64,000 nucleotides of DNA, from positions 74,774,001 through 74,838,000 of the forward strand of contig NW_024704743.1 in assembly GCF_018977255.1 (NCBI RefSeq), in the 5' to 3' direction. This DNA comes from Callorhinchus milii (Eukaryota). The position numbers and the translations under genes are program-made. Below are positions 36,606 through 48,550 of the stretch, in pieces. Numbering within the stretch: the stretch's first letter is position 1; every line of letters begins with the position of its first letter. Under the pieces are notes generated by a model. The model saw nothing but the letters and a program-made list of their open reading frames with translations, was not told the origin of the DNA and ran no database searches.

Positions 36606-36966
36606 ACCCCGTTCCACCCTTTAGTATCTTAAAGACCGCAATCAGTAAGAGAGGAACATGGGGGATTAATCATCACCTAAAGGTCAAAACACGTAGTAAG
36701 TAATATCCACTATACATATGCTAAAATCAAATTATTGGTCACCACCATTCTACTCCATTGTCATCAACACTTTTGCTGCTTTATCATAACACGCGCATCA
36801 TTGGCAATAGTGTCTTTGTTACTCTTAAAAAGTGACAGGACAGCTTTCTGAGCTTCTAAAACTGTGGTAAGAAACGTCAGAGTGGGGTACAGAATTTATT
36901 TTCATTTATCCAAGTGCATTCTGTATTTCTTTCATCAGCCCTAAAATGTTTTTTGCTCTTTTATAG

Positions 36967-37076
36967 GTTTTGATTCCCTTAACACGTTGCAATTCTCACA
37001 AGGAGACAATACAAGGACAACTGAAGGCTAGAAATACTGGGATCTATTTGCTGATATTTGACAACTCTTTTTCGAG
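36967..37076 (+). CDS. FYCO1: FYCO1 GOLD domain exon
   Basis: ttatag acceptor, gtgagt donor. Encodes [37 protein letters not shown]. Confidence 0.95.
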
Positions 37077-37344
37077 GTGAGTTATATCAGTTCATCTTTC
37101 ATTTGCTCAATAAGGAGATATAATTTTTTTAATCCTGAAGAATGCATTATTTAGCAGATGTGATATTTTAGGAATTTGATAATTATACATTTCTTCTTAA
37201 CAAATCTGTTACGAAATACTGCAAATTAGACTTCACTAGGTCCAGTTTTTCTGTGTATTTGAAAATGTTTTGAAAAGTGTTTGTTTACAAGTCACAGAGC
37301 AAATGGTGTTATTGCTGAGACTGATCATTACTTATTTCCTTTAG

Positions 37345-37426
37345 GTTTACCTCAAAGAAGGTGCTTTACCGCTTAACAGTTGAAAAGCCCATAATCTATG
37401 ACGGAAGTGACTTTCCGGGACCCTGA
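37345..37426 (+). CDS. FYCO1: FYCO1 terminal coding exon
   Basis: ttcctttag acceptor. Encodes [26 protein letters not shown] with TGA at 37424-37426 (human ...VIYDGSDFL*). Confidence 0.95.
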
Positions 37427-38939
37427 AATGTTTCTACATTCGTTTTTTTAAAGAAGAGAAGCACTTATATTTTAAGAATGTTCAACAACTATTTGGGATG
37501 GGGGGAAATCTGTATTTTTCAAAGATTTGGAAACTATGCAAACAAAACTTTCATAAAAGATATATGCAATAACCTATCTTTCATGTTACCAAAGCACTAA
37601 ATAATATACTGTGTTGCAGAACTGTGAGCCTTTCTTTTCAACTGGTGCATAGTTTTTAGTAGATAAAAGCTCTATTTTTAAAAATAATTATTTTACTGAT
37701 ATAGTCCCTTGTACGTTCTATTATTCTAATCAGGGTGCTGGTATAACAAGAGTTCCCTGCTAAGGCAAGCACTTTATTCGCTTGAATTTTACCACTGCTG
37801 TCAGTTGCATGCATTGCACAGTTATAAATGAATGTTATGTATTTATAACATAAAACTCATAACTAAACAAATCAATAGCACACCATCTTTGCTCCCTGTA
37901 ATTTGTTGATGTGCAGCAAACCAGGGGAACTTATAATCAATTAAATAGGTTATCTCATTAAGATAGTGTGACACTAAAGCAGGCAGTAAAATGAGGAAAA
38001 GCTTTTTCAGTATTTAATGGCTCACAGACATTTTGACATAGGATAGATTTTAAAGATATATTTTGAAAATAGTTTTTATCACTGGAGCTATATACAGTAT
38101 AACAGCTTTGAAGTGAAAATACATTTTAATCGTAATGAAACTGATTTGGCATGGTTTATATTTTTAGATGTTACAAATGATTTTGGCAATAACCAATTTA
38201 TTAAACTCACATTATAAGATGGACAGTTCCACCAGTTATTGAATCAAATACCTGTTACATCTGAAGGAAACAATTACTAAAAGAAAAACTGAATACAGGA
38301 AATAGAAAATTAAAAACAAAACCTGCTGGAAATACATAACAGATGAATCGGCATCAGAATGAAAAATATTCTCTGACAAAATATCATCCATTTTCTTGTT
38401 AAAATAATTTTATAAAAGTTATTTAAGGTCCACAAACAGTGCTCGTCTCAGATCCCTAATTCCATTTCCTGCATGGAGCCGTGTTTGAAGATCACGAACT
38501 GAAAACTGTAATTTCTTATTACTGGAAAAGAACTCCTGAAATAATGTAATTTCTGCTGTCTCTTTTTCCCATAGTAATTATCACATTTCTCTCTCCGCTC
38601 GCTTTCTTTCATATTCACACACAAACACACACAATCGAAAAAAATTGCAGAGTCTGCATTTAATACGAGGATTCTCCAAGGTTGCATAAATATTGAATCC
38701 CACCAGTAACAGGGTGTACAGCATGCCACTTCCGTGCACTTCGCTCAGAAGGGGATTCCAGTAGCTAACAATTCCAGCACTCAAAGAAACAATGATTTTG
38801 TTCACATGTGCATAAAGAGAAGTTCAGATGAATTAGGCCTCTTTACTCATTTGATCTCATCCTTCCAGAGTACAAAACCTATTGCTAGGCCAAGCCGTTT
38901 CTTCAATGCCCTGGTCCCTTGCTAATGTTCCTGGTAACC

Positions 38940-39230
38940 TAACTACAATTGTTGATTCCTCTCAGTAAAGAAATGATTCCTAATGTTTGTCCAAAAATTG
39001 TCTTGCACAGCCTTGAACCTGTGCCCTCTTGTCCTGCTGTCTTGCCGTGCTGGAAGGTATTGTTCTGGGTTTGCATTCTCTGTCCCATTTAAAATCTTTA
39101 TATGTACCTTTAAATTGCCTCCACCGGAAAGGATTATTTTCCAGACTGACAACCACCTTATCTAGTCGTTCATCACAGTTCACACCCTCTAATCCTTGAA
39201 TTAGCCTCAATGCTATTCTGGGAATCTGTA
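38940..39230 (-). mobile_element. CR1 fragment in the presumed FYCO1 3' UTR
   Basis: DSRTRGHRFK...RNHFFTER peptide. Confidence 0.7.
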
Positions 39231-39822
39231 CTCAATTAGTTTTTCAATGTACAGAGGGGTAATGATTTTAACAATGATTACTGAATATCAGTGATTCAAC
39301 ATTTGTTAACTCTATAAATTCTCCATGTTATTTCTCCTCTATACTGACCTTCCTAAGTTATGCCCAAGTGTGGAAGATAATAAGCATATTGACCAACAAT
39401 GAATCCACTCACATTAGGATAAAATTGTTAGATCTGAGACGAGTACCTTCAGGTCCGAAACACTGATTGTCCAGCGCCTTGAGACATCCTCACGTCGTGA
39501 AAGGCGCTATAGAAATGTAATTTTGATGGTGGTATTTATTTTACTAAAAGAGAAAAGTATAAACAAACCAATGCAGGGGGCACACATGGTATTTTAATGA
39601 TAACACTATCTGCAGTTATTTGGCGGTTATAATTAAAGTAATTTATTTCTGCTTGAATTTGAAAAATCAATGCCAAAGAATTTTCAAGTTTAATTTCTGA
39701 ATTAAAACTGACATTTTTTTTCTTGAACTTATTATTTTAAGATGGTGTGTGGAATTCTTTGCTTGAAGATAAATGATGTTGATGTGGTGTTATGTGAAAA
39801 GCTAGGTTTTATTTGCTCCAGC

Positions 39823-39832
39823 AATAAATAAA
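39823..39832 (+). promoter_or_regulatory. Candidate FYCO1 polyadenylation signal (implies ~2.4 kb 3' UTR)
   Basis: Overlapping AATAAATAAA followed by a GT/T-rich tract (tatttgtgacatttttttgttttt) at the end of AT-rich UTR-like sequence. Confidence 0.45.
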
Positions 39833-40249
39833 GGTTGTATTTTAAAACTGTATTTGTGACATTTTTTTGTTTTTTAAAAAAAAGTCTTTGTACTGACACA
39901 GATTCCAAAGGATCAGGAGCTGTTTGAGAGTGCAATAATGTATTAATACAGAAAGTGCAAACTTACATTTATACAGTGCCTTTCATGTTGGAGGACCTCC
40001 CAAGGGCTTAACAGTACTGACTTGGCACTTGAGCTGGGGTATGGGGTGGGGTAAGATGACTGAAGACTCAGTCAAAGAAATAGGTCTTGAACTAGGTGAG
40101 GGAAGGAGTGAGTCAGAAAAGCTCTTGGATGGATTTCCAAAGAGTAGGAGCAGATAGGCTGAAAGCCAGACTGCTGATGGAGTAAGGAGAAGGACATGAA
40201 GCGGGCCAATGTGTGCTGAACGAAGGGAACGAAAAATTAACAGTTTGTC

Positions 40250-41712
40250 CAACAACAACAATATCACATTTGTAAAGCGCCTTTCATGTCGGGAGGATGT
40301 TCCAAGGTGTGGGACAGATAGTATATCCCAAGGCACTGGACCGCCAAGCTGGGGGTTGGGGAGCATGGAGGGCAGGGGGGGAAGCAGGGAGATTGAAAGC
40401 ACAGTCAAAGAGAAGAGTCTTGAGATGGGTCTTGAAGGTGGTGAGGGAAGGGGCGAAGCGGAGGGACTACAGGATGGAGTTCCAGAGGGTGGGGGCAGAG
40501 TGGCAGAAGGCCCGCCTGCCAATAGTGGGGCGAGCGAGGTGAAAGACGTGAAGCAGGCTGGAACCCCCTGAGCAGAGGGAGCGAGCAGGATCGTAGGGGG
40601 TTAGGAGGTTACAGAGATAGGGGGGAGCAAGACCATGGAGGGCTTTGAAGGTGAGGACCAGGATCTTGAACTGTATCCTCTGTGTGATGGGCAGCCAGTG
40701 GAGTCGGGCGAGGATGGGGGTGATAGGGGCGCGGAGCCTAGTGCGGGAGAGGACACGGGCTGGAGAGTTCTGGATGATCTGCAGCCTGTGGAGGGAGGAG
40801 TTGGGAAGGCCGACAAGCAATGAGTTTGCATAGTCGAGCCTCAGTGTAATGAAAGCGTGTATGAGGGTTTCGGCGAATTGCGGTGTGAGACAGTGATGGA
40901 GCCGGGCGACGTTGCAGAGGTGGGGAAGGCAGAGCGGGTCATGGCGCAGATTTAGGGTAGAAAGAATAGTTGAGGGTCAAACAAGACCCCAAGATCCCGG
41001 ACTGGCTTAGCAAGATGGAGTGTGCAACCATGGATGGTGATGCTGTCAGTGCCTGAGGTGAGGAGGCGCTGACGGGATCCAATCAGGAGAGCCTCGGTCT
41101 TGTTGACGATCAACTGAAGAAAGTTAGCTCTCATCCAGGACTTGGTGTCTGACAGACAGGTCACGGGGGTGATCGCGGATGTGGGTGGCGGAGCTGATAT
41201 GGAGGGAGAGGTTGAGGGAGGAGATAAGGGAGGAAAAGTCAGCAGAGGTAGAGCAGATAAAGGGTGATAAAGGTTATGGTGCTCAAAGGAAGGGAAGATT
41301 CCAGAGGAGTAAGGGAATAGGCCGAGTGGGAAATGAGAACCACACTGCCACCACGGCAGATAGGTCATGGGATATGATGGAAGGTGTAGCCGGGTGGTGT
41401 GGCCTCAGTCTGGGTGAAGGTGTCGCCTGGAATGATCCATGTTTCAGTGAGGGCGAGAATGTCGATGTTTTCGTCAACAATTAGGTCTTGGTTGGTGAGT
41501 GTTTTATTGGAGAGGGAGCAGACATCTTGAAGGCTGATGCGGAGGGGACAGTTAGTGGCAGAATGTGTGTGGCGAGGCGGGGGAGGTGGAGGAGTGATAG
41601 GGAGGGTGGGGATGTAGACGAGAGAGAAGAGTTTGGCCCCTGGGGTCAGGGACCGATGGGCCTTGTGGCGAGAATGGGGAATAGGACAGTCAGAGTGGCT
41701 GCTGTTGGACAG
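40250..41712 (-). mobile_element. Bipartite (internally deleted) L2: ORF2 start joined to post-RT 3' end
   Basis: 5' part matches 10680-11230, then jumps to CLSDTKSWMRANFLQL...LHWLPI...TIGRRAF and the tail; the RT core is absent. Confidence 0.85.
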
Positions 41713-41899
41713 GATCTAAAATCCAGTATTTGTTCCCAGAAACAGGCTGTCTGATCTTATTTCAGCGATACTCATTTAGCTCAATCAAATCAGACCATGA
41801 GAAACTATTTGTTGTGCTGAAAAATAAGATGAAAGATTGTGCGCACCCAGTGATTTTCAGCTTGGTGTGAGTGCTACTGCTGTTCAGAAGTCAGGGTTA

Positions 41900-43709
41900 C
41901 TTGAAATGGATTTAATCTCCCTTAAATACGAAATGCGTGGGGAAAGATTCCACCTGGATTTACCTTTATTTATGTAGCATTTCAGAGCATCCAGAATCTG
42001 TTAAATTGTTCAATTCAGTCTTAACACTTGACGGTTGTGAGGGATGGTGTAAGATGGGAGTTAGAGTAGCAAGAGGGGAATAAAGGTTAAAACAAGAATT
42101 AAAGTTATAAGGTTGTAAAGCAAACTTGAAATAAAAAAAACACAACTGATCATGAGGTGAATCAAGGTTTGCGACGATGGGCTCCAGATGTTGTCATCTG
42201 AGGATTAGATGCTCTTCTTGGAGTTTGTTATGTTTATAATAACAATAATAATAATCCTTGCATTTGATATAGCGCTTTTCACGTCGGGAGGACGTCCCAA
42301 AGCGCTTCACAGAACACACTGTAAAGTGAATTGACTGTATAGTTGTGGGTGAACGCGGCAGCCACTTGCGCACAGCAATGTCCCACAAACAGTAATAGTT
42401 TGAAAATGACCAATTTATTATTGTTTTTGGTTTTGGAGGGATTATTATTAGGTGTGTGGAGTAAGGAAACTTGCCCAAGGTTTCGCCCTCTGCCTGGAAT
42501 TGAACTCAGGTCTCTCGCTTGCAAAGCGAGTGCTCTAACCACTGAGCTACAGGATTCCTGGGAATTATTGGGCCTTATACCAGCATAAGGTTTGATGGAT
42601 GCAACAGGTTGGTACCTCAATGTCTGGGAAACCATAAACTCAGAGATTATATAACTTTAACGTGTCAAAGAAGGGAAGATTAAGTGTCTGATGAACTTTT
42701 GACAGTTGATACCAGGGGTCTCAAGGGGTATGAGGGAATGATTGGATGAACCAGTCACATGGAATAAATTGAGGTGTAAGGGAGGGGCGGTTGAGCTAAA
42801 TTCTGGGAAGTGAGTGAGGGTCGGAGATGAATCTAAACACGACTAACAGCACTAACACCACTCAGATTCTGAAACCTTCCCAGAAGAGGTAAAACTTGGT
42901 GAAATCATCTCTTCTGCATTTTCCAAGAGGTCATGGTATGTTGAGGCTCAGTAGGTTTTAGAGTATAAGTTTGCATGATTTATTAAAGTTTGGTTAAACT
43001 TGATACTATTGAAAAGTATTTTTAAAGTATTGCCTATGTGCTATATTTTGGGGTTTTACGCTACTTTGCCGGATTCGGGAAAGCTATTGTTTACTGGTAA
43101 TTGTCGGAATAAATGAGAATGATTCAAGTTAAATAAAGTGTTGCGAGATCACTGTTGTGACCCAGACTTTCTAAGTCTTTTCCAAACGAATCATGGTACG
43201 AGGATGAATGCAGGACCAGAGAAGCCTGAAATTTTAAGAAAAGAAGATGGCTCATTACAGATATCATTAGGCAGTGGTCACTGCAGGTCAATAACAACCC
43301 AGTCACCCTTTATGATGTTGGGATCACAATATAACCAACTTAAGAAACCTCTATTCTAATTTGGACACCATAAGATTAAGTATAAGATGCGCAGTTTAGC
43401 ATATCTAATAAAGGTGCCTAGATTTGTGTTATTAATCTCTAAATTAAGAAATTATGAGTTTAGATTATGCAGAACAGGAGAGTCAATTCGGAAACAAATT
43501 ATGGAAGCAATTAAACAGTTAGGGTGGGGAAATGTACATTGGGGACAAATTGAAGATGGAATTAGTAAAGTGACGGGGCGGGGTGTAGGAATATTTGGGG
43601 AAATTGGTTAACTAGCAGATTTGGGTGGGTTAAATGGATCCTGATTGCTGGGGGAACAATTATACTGTTACAACTGATTGGGCAGATAAGATTACCAGGC
43701 AGATGTTAA
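41900..43709 (+). mobile_element. Decayed foamy (spuma)-like endogenous retrovirus: env remnant plus possible integrase scraps
   Basis: Colinear peptide blocks resembling foamy Env: RF......CC....R...W (42165-42236), YATLPDSGKLLFTG (43057), VLRDH (43138), EDGSLQISLGSGHC, KKPL, VPRFVLLISKLRNYEFRLCRTGESIRKQIMEAIKQL, GIFGEI/LTSRFGWVKWILIAGGTIILLQLI* (stop 43707-43709). Frameshifts, deletions and a SINE insertion are present. Confidence 0.75.
42238..42559 (-). mobile_element. Young short-subfamily SINE inserted in the ERV env
   Basis: Reverse-complement match to 707-1034. Confidence 0.9.
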
Positions 43710-44339
43710 AGGAATATGTAACTGCTGAATATTGTCTTTAGAGGTAAAAGATTAATCCAAATGGATGGAAACAATTCCGGGGTTTTATTGGCATGACTAT
43801 GGTACTTGCACATATTATACTGTTGATAATTTACCATAAGAATCCTTTGAGACCAAGATCAAGGATCAGAAATTAGCTATACACCTGACAGGAGACTGTC
43901 AGCTTTGAAGTGCAGATTCTGGCTGTGACAGCATTGCTCATGTACTTATGCACTATTAAGGTGTGGATACAAAAATATTTTTTGGACATACTCTTGTATG
44001 GACTCATGGTGCAATTACTATTAGTGTGTATTTTACGTGTGTGTTTCGCAGCTGTATCTTTCTGGCGACCAAAGCAATCAACTCTCGTATTGTTACGGTT
44101 TGGGATTCTATTTTTGTGTATTGCAACCATGTCCTCAGCAGCTACTGTAGCTGTAAATATCATCACCACAAACAACAATCATACTAATTCTTCTGTAATT
44201 TCCAAAGGAAGCAATTTCAAAGATACTGGATATATATTTATTTGTTAAACAGTTCTCTGTTTTTTGTAATGCAGGAGCAACAAGGGGCAGATAGTGACAA
44301 AAAGCTACACAGAAGGATAAGTGAAAGAGGGCAAGAATT

Positions 44340-44885
44340 TAATAATGTAATATTTCACCACCTAATATATACTTGCTCTCATTCTTTCTCCCAAAATATA
44401 TAACCTCACATTCGTCTGCATTAAAGCTTATTTGCCATTTCTCTGCCTGATCAACCAACCTGTCTGTGTCCCTCTGAAGTTTCTTACAATTTTTTTCATT
44501 GTTAACTACGCTCCCTATATTTGTATCATCTGCAAATTTAGAAATTGTGCCCATTATATCAGAATACAGTTTATTGATATAAATGGAGAAAAGCAGTGAT
44601 CCTAAAATTGACCCTTAGAGGACAGTATTATTTATTATCTCAGTATTATCTCTCCATTGCCAATAACAACTCTGCACTCGTGCCCTCTCCTTCCTATTCC
44701 TTAACCAACTTTCTATCAATGTGCCATTGTATCCATGCTGCTATCTTTCCACTAATACAATGCACCTTCATTTCTTTAACAAGCCTCCTATGCGGCACCT
44801 TATCAAAAACTTCTGAATATCCATATTTACCAAACCTACCCCCATTGCATTGATCATTGCTCTTGGTTATTTCATCAAACAACTT
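44340..44885 (-). mobile_element. CR1 RT fragment
   Basis: FDKVPHRRLV, ISKFADDTNIG, KLQRDTDRLVDQAEKWQISFN. Confidence 0.85.
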
Positions 44886-44977
44886 TTGTTTTCATTTTCT
44901 TCTTGGATCCATTCTGGCCCACCTACATTTATTTTATTTTTAACACTGCCCCAACTCTTGCCTTCTGGTTCCATGTC

Positions 44978-44978
<1 letters not shown>

Positions 44979-45025
<47 letters not shown>

Positions 45026-45327
45026 CCTTGCATTTGATATAGCGCTTTTCACGTCGGGAGGACGTCCCAAAGCGCTTCACAGAATAGACTGTAAAGTGAA
45101 TTGACTGTATATTTGTGGGCGAACGCGGCAGCCAATTGCGCACAGCAATGTCCCACAAACAGTCGTAGATTGAAAATGACCAATTTATTATTGTTTTTGT
45201 TTTGGAGGGATTATTATTAGGCGTGTGGAGTAAGGAAACTTGCCCAAGGTTTCGCCCTGCCTGGAATTGAACTCAGGTCTCTCACTTGCAAAGCGAGTGC
45301 TCTAACCACTGAGCTACAGGACTCCAC
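44979..45327 (-). mobile_element. Young short-subfamily SINE with expanded (AAT)n tail
   Basis: Full match; (AAT)n at 44979-45025 produces the poly-I and poly-Y ORFs. Confidence 0.9.
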
Positions 45328-45564
45328 AATCCTATCCCAATAGCTCCTACCTTTCTTTCATGGGGCTGTACGTTGCTCTATCCCATTACTCACCTGTCTT
45401 CCCAGGCTGCTCCAGTCAATCCTGTTGCTAGCTATTCACCAGTGGTGATCCCAATGCCAGACTTTTAACTACTCCGTCAATCGTAGCAGGAATTTGAAAT
45501 GGACCACAGCAGTGCCCCCATGTACCACCACCCAGTCTGCCCCGATCCAGCCACCTCTTCCCAA

Positions 45565-45917
45565 TTTCTCTCCCCTACCTCTGCGACCTACTAACGTCCT
45601 ACCATCCTGCTAACTCCCTTTGCTCAGCATGCACTGGCTTGCTTCACGTCCCCCGCCTCTCTCGCTCCACTATTAGCGGGCCGGCCTTCCACCACTCTGC
45701 CCCCATCTTCTAGAACTCCATCCTGCAGTCCCTCTGCCTCGCATCCTCCCTTGCCACCTTCAAGACCCATCTCAAGACCCTCCTCTTCGACCGTGCTTTT
45801 GATCCCCCTGCCCTCCACACTCCCTGACCCCGACCCCCAGCTCGGGTCCGGCGCCTTGGGACGTCCTTCCGACATGAAAGGTGCTTTACAAATGTAATTT
45901 TATTGTTGTTGTTGTTG
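45565..45917 (+). mobile_element. L2 3' fragment
   Basis: L2 3' coding remnant, tail stem-loop, (TTG)n. Confidence 0.85.
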
Positions 45918-46884
45918 CCAGACCCAGATTGCAGTAATGCTGTCAGCAGAGGCAGCACTGGGTCTCGTTAGAGGGATAGTATTTTTTAAAAAAAGTTAAT
46001 CAGAGGCTTTGTAAAGAAGATTACATGGACCATCTTTACCAGAACCTCTGTGATACTAGTGTAGGGCCCCCAAGAACCACCTGAGCTACACCACTGTTTC
46101 ATGAGCTTTATACTCTGTGTTCAGTTTGTTCAACAAAGCAGGATCCTTCACTGGTGCTGTGTATAAACCCATGCTGACTTGGAGGATGTGCACAATAGGC
46201 CTTTTGCATGATTTTGATTGAAAATAAAAAAAAAGTGTTTTTGAAAGCCTTGTGAATAGAAACTGAGTAATAGCTACTCAATCTGAGATTCATTTCAGTT
46301 TCAACCGACTTAACTAATGTGAAGCATAGCGAAAGTGTCAGTATACATCTATGTGCTTACATTTTGACTCATCTTAAAGCATTCCCACACGAGCTTTACA
46401 GATTTATATTTCAGCCTCATAAAGGCCAAACTTTAAACCAACCTTTAAATAATACTTGTTCTGCTGTGCTCGTCCATGCATTTTACTGAAAACATTTTTT
46501 TCTAGAAATTGTCCTGACGACTGATACACGATTGCTCAATGGAGCCACATTTGTAAAAGAAATTTGAGTGAAAAGTATGATTTACAAATTTGTTTTTATC
46601 CAGACTGTTCAGGGACCTTCAAACCTGTCTTATCCTGCAGTCATTACTGTATTTCACAACATCACATACACCAACATATTCCATAGATTTAAACAAACTG
46701 TACAGCAAGGAAACAAGCCCTTCGGCCATATTGGTCTGTGATACTAGTTTATATTCCACATGAGTCATATTTACCATTCAATGAAACAACAACTTTAGTA
46801 TGAAACAATGATTGCGTTCCAACCATCAACTGAAAAGCTAAGTGTTTTTTCTATAAATTACTTGTTCTCATACTATCGCGTGGT

Positions 46885-47940
46885 CTCATTCTGCTGTCCC
46901 ATTTCCAACCTACCCTTCCTTGCTGAAGTCCTGGAATGCATTGTTGCAGGTCAACTTCAGTCACACTTCCCCCTTCACTCCCTCCTGGTTTTCACCCTGA
47001 TTGCCCACAGCACAGAAACAGCACTTGTCAAAGTCACAAACGACATGGCTCCCTCTGCCTCCTCATCCTCCTGGATCTCTCTGCTGCGTTCGACACAGTC
47101 GACCATGCCATCCTCCTCCATCGGCTCTCCTCCCTCATCTACCTTAATGGGGCCCCACTCGTATGATTCGAGTCCTACTTAACTAACCGCCTCCATTTCA
47201 TATCAATAAATGGTTTCTCCTCCCACCCCCACCCGGTCACCTGCGGGGTACCCCAGGGCTTCATCCTTGGCGCTCTACTTTTCCTCATCTATGTGCTCCC
47301 TCTCGGTGATGTCATTCACAGACACGGAATAAACTTCCACGTTTGCACCTTGGGACGTCCTCCCAACGTGAAAGGCACTCTATAAATGTAATTTTATTGT
47401 TGTTGTTGTTGCATGCGGATGACACACAAATCTACTTTGCCTCCTTCAGCATCAACTCCAGGTCCGCCGATGTTCTATCAGCTTGTCTGGCAGACATCAA
47501 GACCAAACTCCGTACCCACATCTCACCAGTTCTGGCCGGGCTCCACTGACTCCCCATCACTGAATGGATCGACCAAGATCCTCACACTCGTGTTCAAATC
47601 CATTCACTCCCTGGCACCTCTCCAACCTTCTCACTACCCAATCCACCACCCGGCGCCTCCGCTCAGCCGGCTCCAGCTTCCTGTTTGTCCCTTGCCTCCT
47701 CCACTCCACCATTGGAGGTCACGCATTCAGCCACTATGCCCGAACTCTCTCCCTCAATCCCTCCACCTTGGGCCCTTCCTCCCCACTTTGAAATCTAACC
47801 TGAAGACCTTCACTTTTGATTGTGCTTATGGTCACCTCCCCCCTCCCTCTCCCCCTTGCTCGGGGTCAGACTCCACCAGTGTCAAGTGCTCTGGGAAGCT
47901 ACCCTGCGTAAAGAGCGCTATATAGATGCAAGTTGCTGTT
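46885..47940 (+). mobile_element. Internally deleted L2 with a short L2 tail inserted at ~47345-47411
   Basis: [24 protein letters not shown]; the (Y/H)ADDTQIY motif is split by the tail insertion. Confidence 0.85.
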
Positions 47941-48054
47941 CTTGTATATCCCTGGTCACCCAGTGATGTTTGTGTCACTCAGGGTGAAGCAATTTCCAGT
48001 ACTGATATAGGCTGTAATCTCAGTGATCCCCTATCACTCCCTCAATGATGAGTT

Positions 48055-48262
48055 GAGTGCCAACCTGCGCCTAATACTTTCCGGAATTAGGTAAGCAGGA
48101 CGTGTCCCTCCAGGGAGAGAGTGCGTATTCCATTCCAACAATCTATCTCTGGGATTTCCATGTGTAGGTGGGATGAATGGAAATCTCAGCTTGGTTTGGA
48201 TACTTTTAAGAATGGTGATGAGTTTCTGCATGTGTCAGACACCCGGCTGACCAAACAAAAAC
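48055..48262 (+). repeat. 3' part of the unclassified A-tailed repeat
   Basis: ccctccagggagagagtgcg...tgtgtcagacacccggctgaccaaacaaaa. Confidence 0.7.
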
Positions 48263-48284
48263 TCAATGGTAATTTATTCATTCC

Positions 48285-48550
48285 CAATTGGGGGCAGAGT
48301 AGCTGAAGGCAGTGGACGTGAAGCAGGCCGGAGCCCGCTGGGCAGAGGGATAGGTCACGGAGTCTGGTGCGGGAGAGGACACTGGCTCCAGAGCTCTGGA
48401 TGATCTGTAGCCTACGGAGGGAGGAGTTGGGGAGTCCAACAAGCAGGGAGTTTGCATAGTCAAGCCTGGATGTTATGAATTTGTGTATGATGAATTCAGC
48501 GGCCTGTGGTGTGAGACAGTGGCGGAGCCGGGCAATGTGGCAGGGGTGGA
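48285..48550 (-). mobile_element. L2 fragment
   Basis: IARLRHCLTPQAAE...SRLDYANSLLVGLP. Confidence 0.8.

Noticed and set aside
44270..44340. Polypurine tract or 3' LTR of the ERV
   Set aside because: Purine-rich, but no clear PPT-TG junction and no paired LTR; a CR1 insertion follows immediately.
44850..45158. Poly-Ile and poly-Tyr ORFs
   Set aside because: (AAT)n SINE tail.
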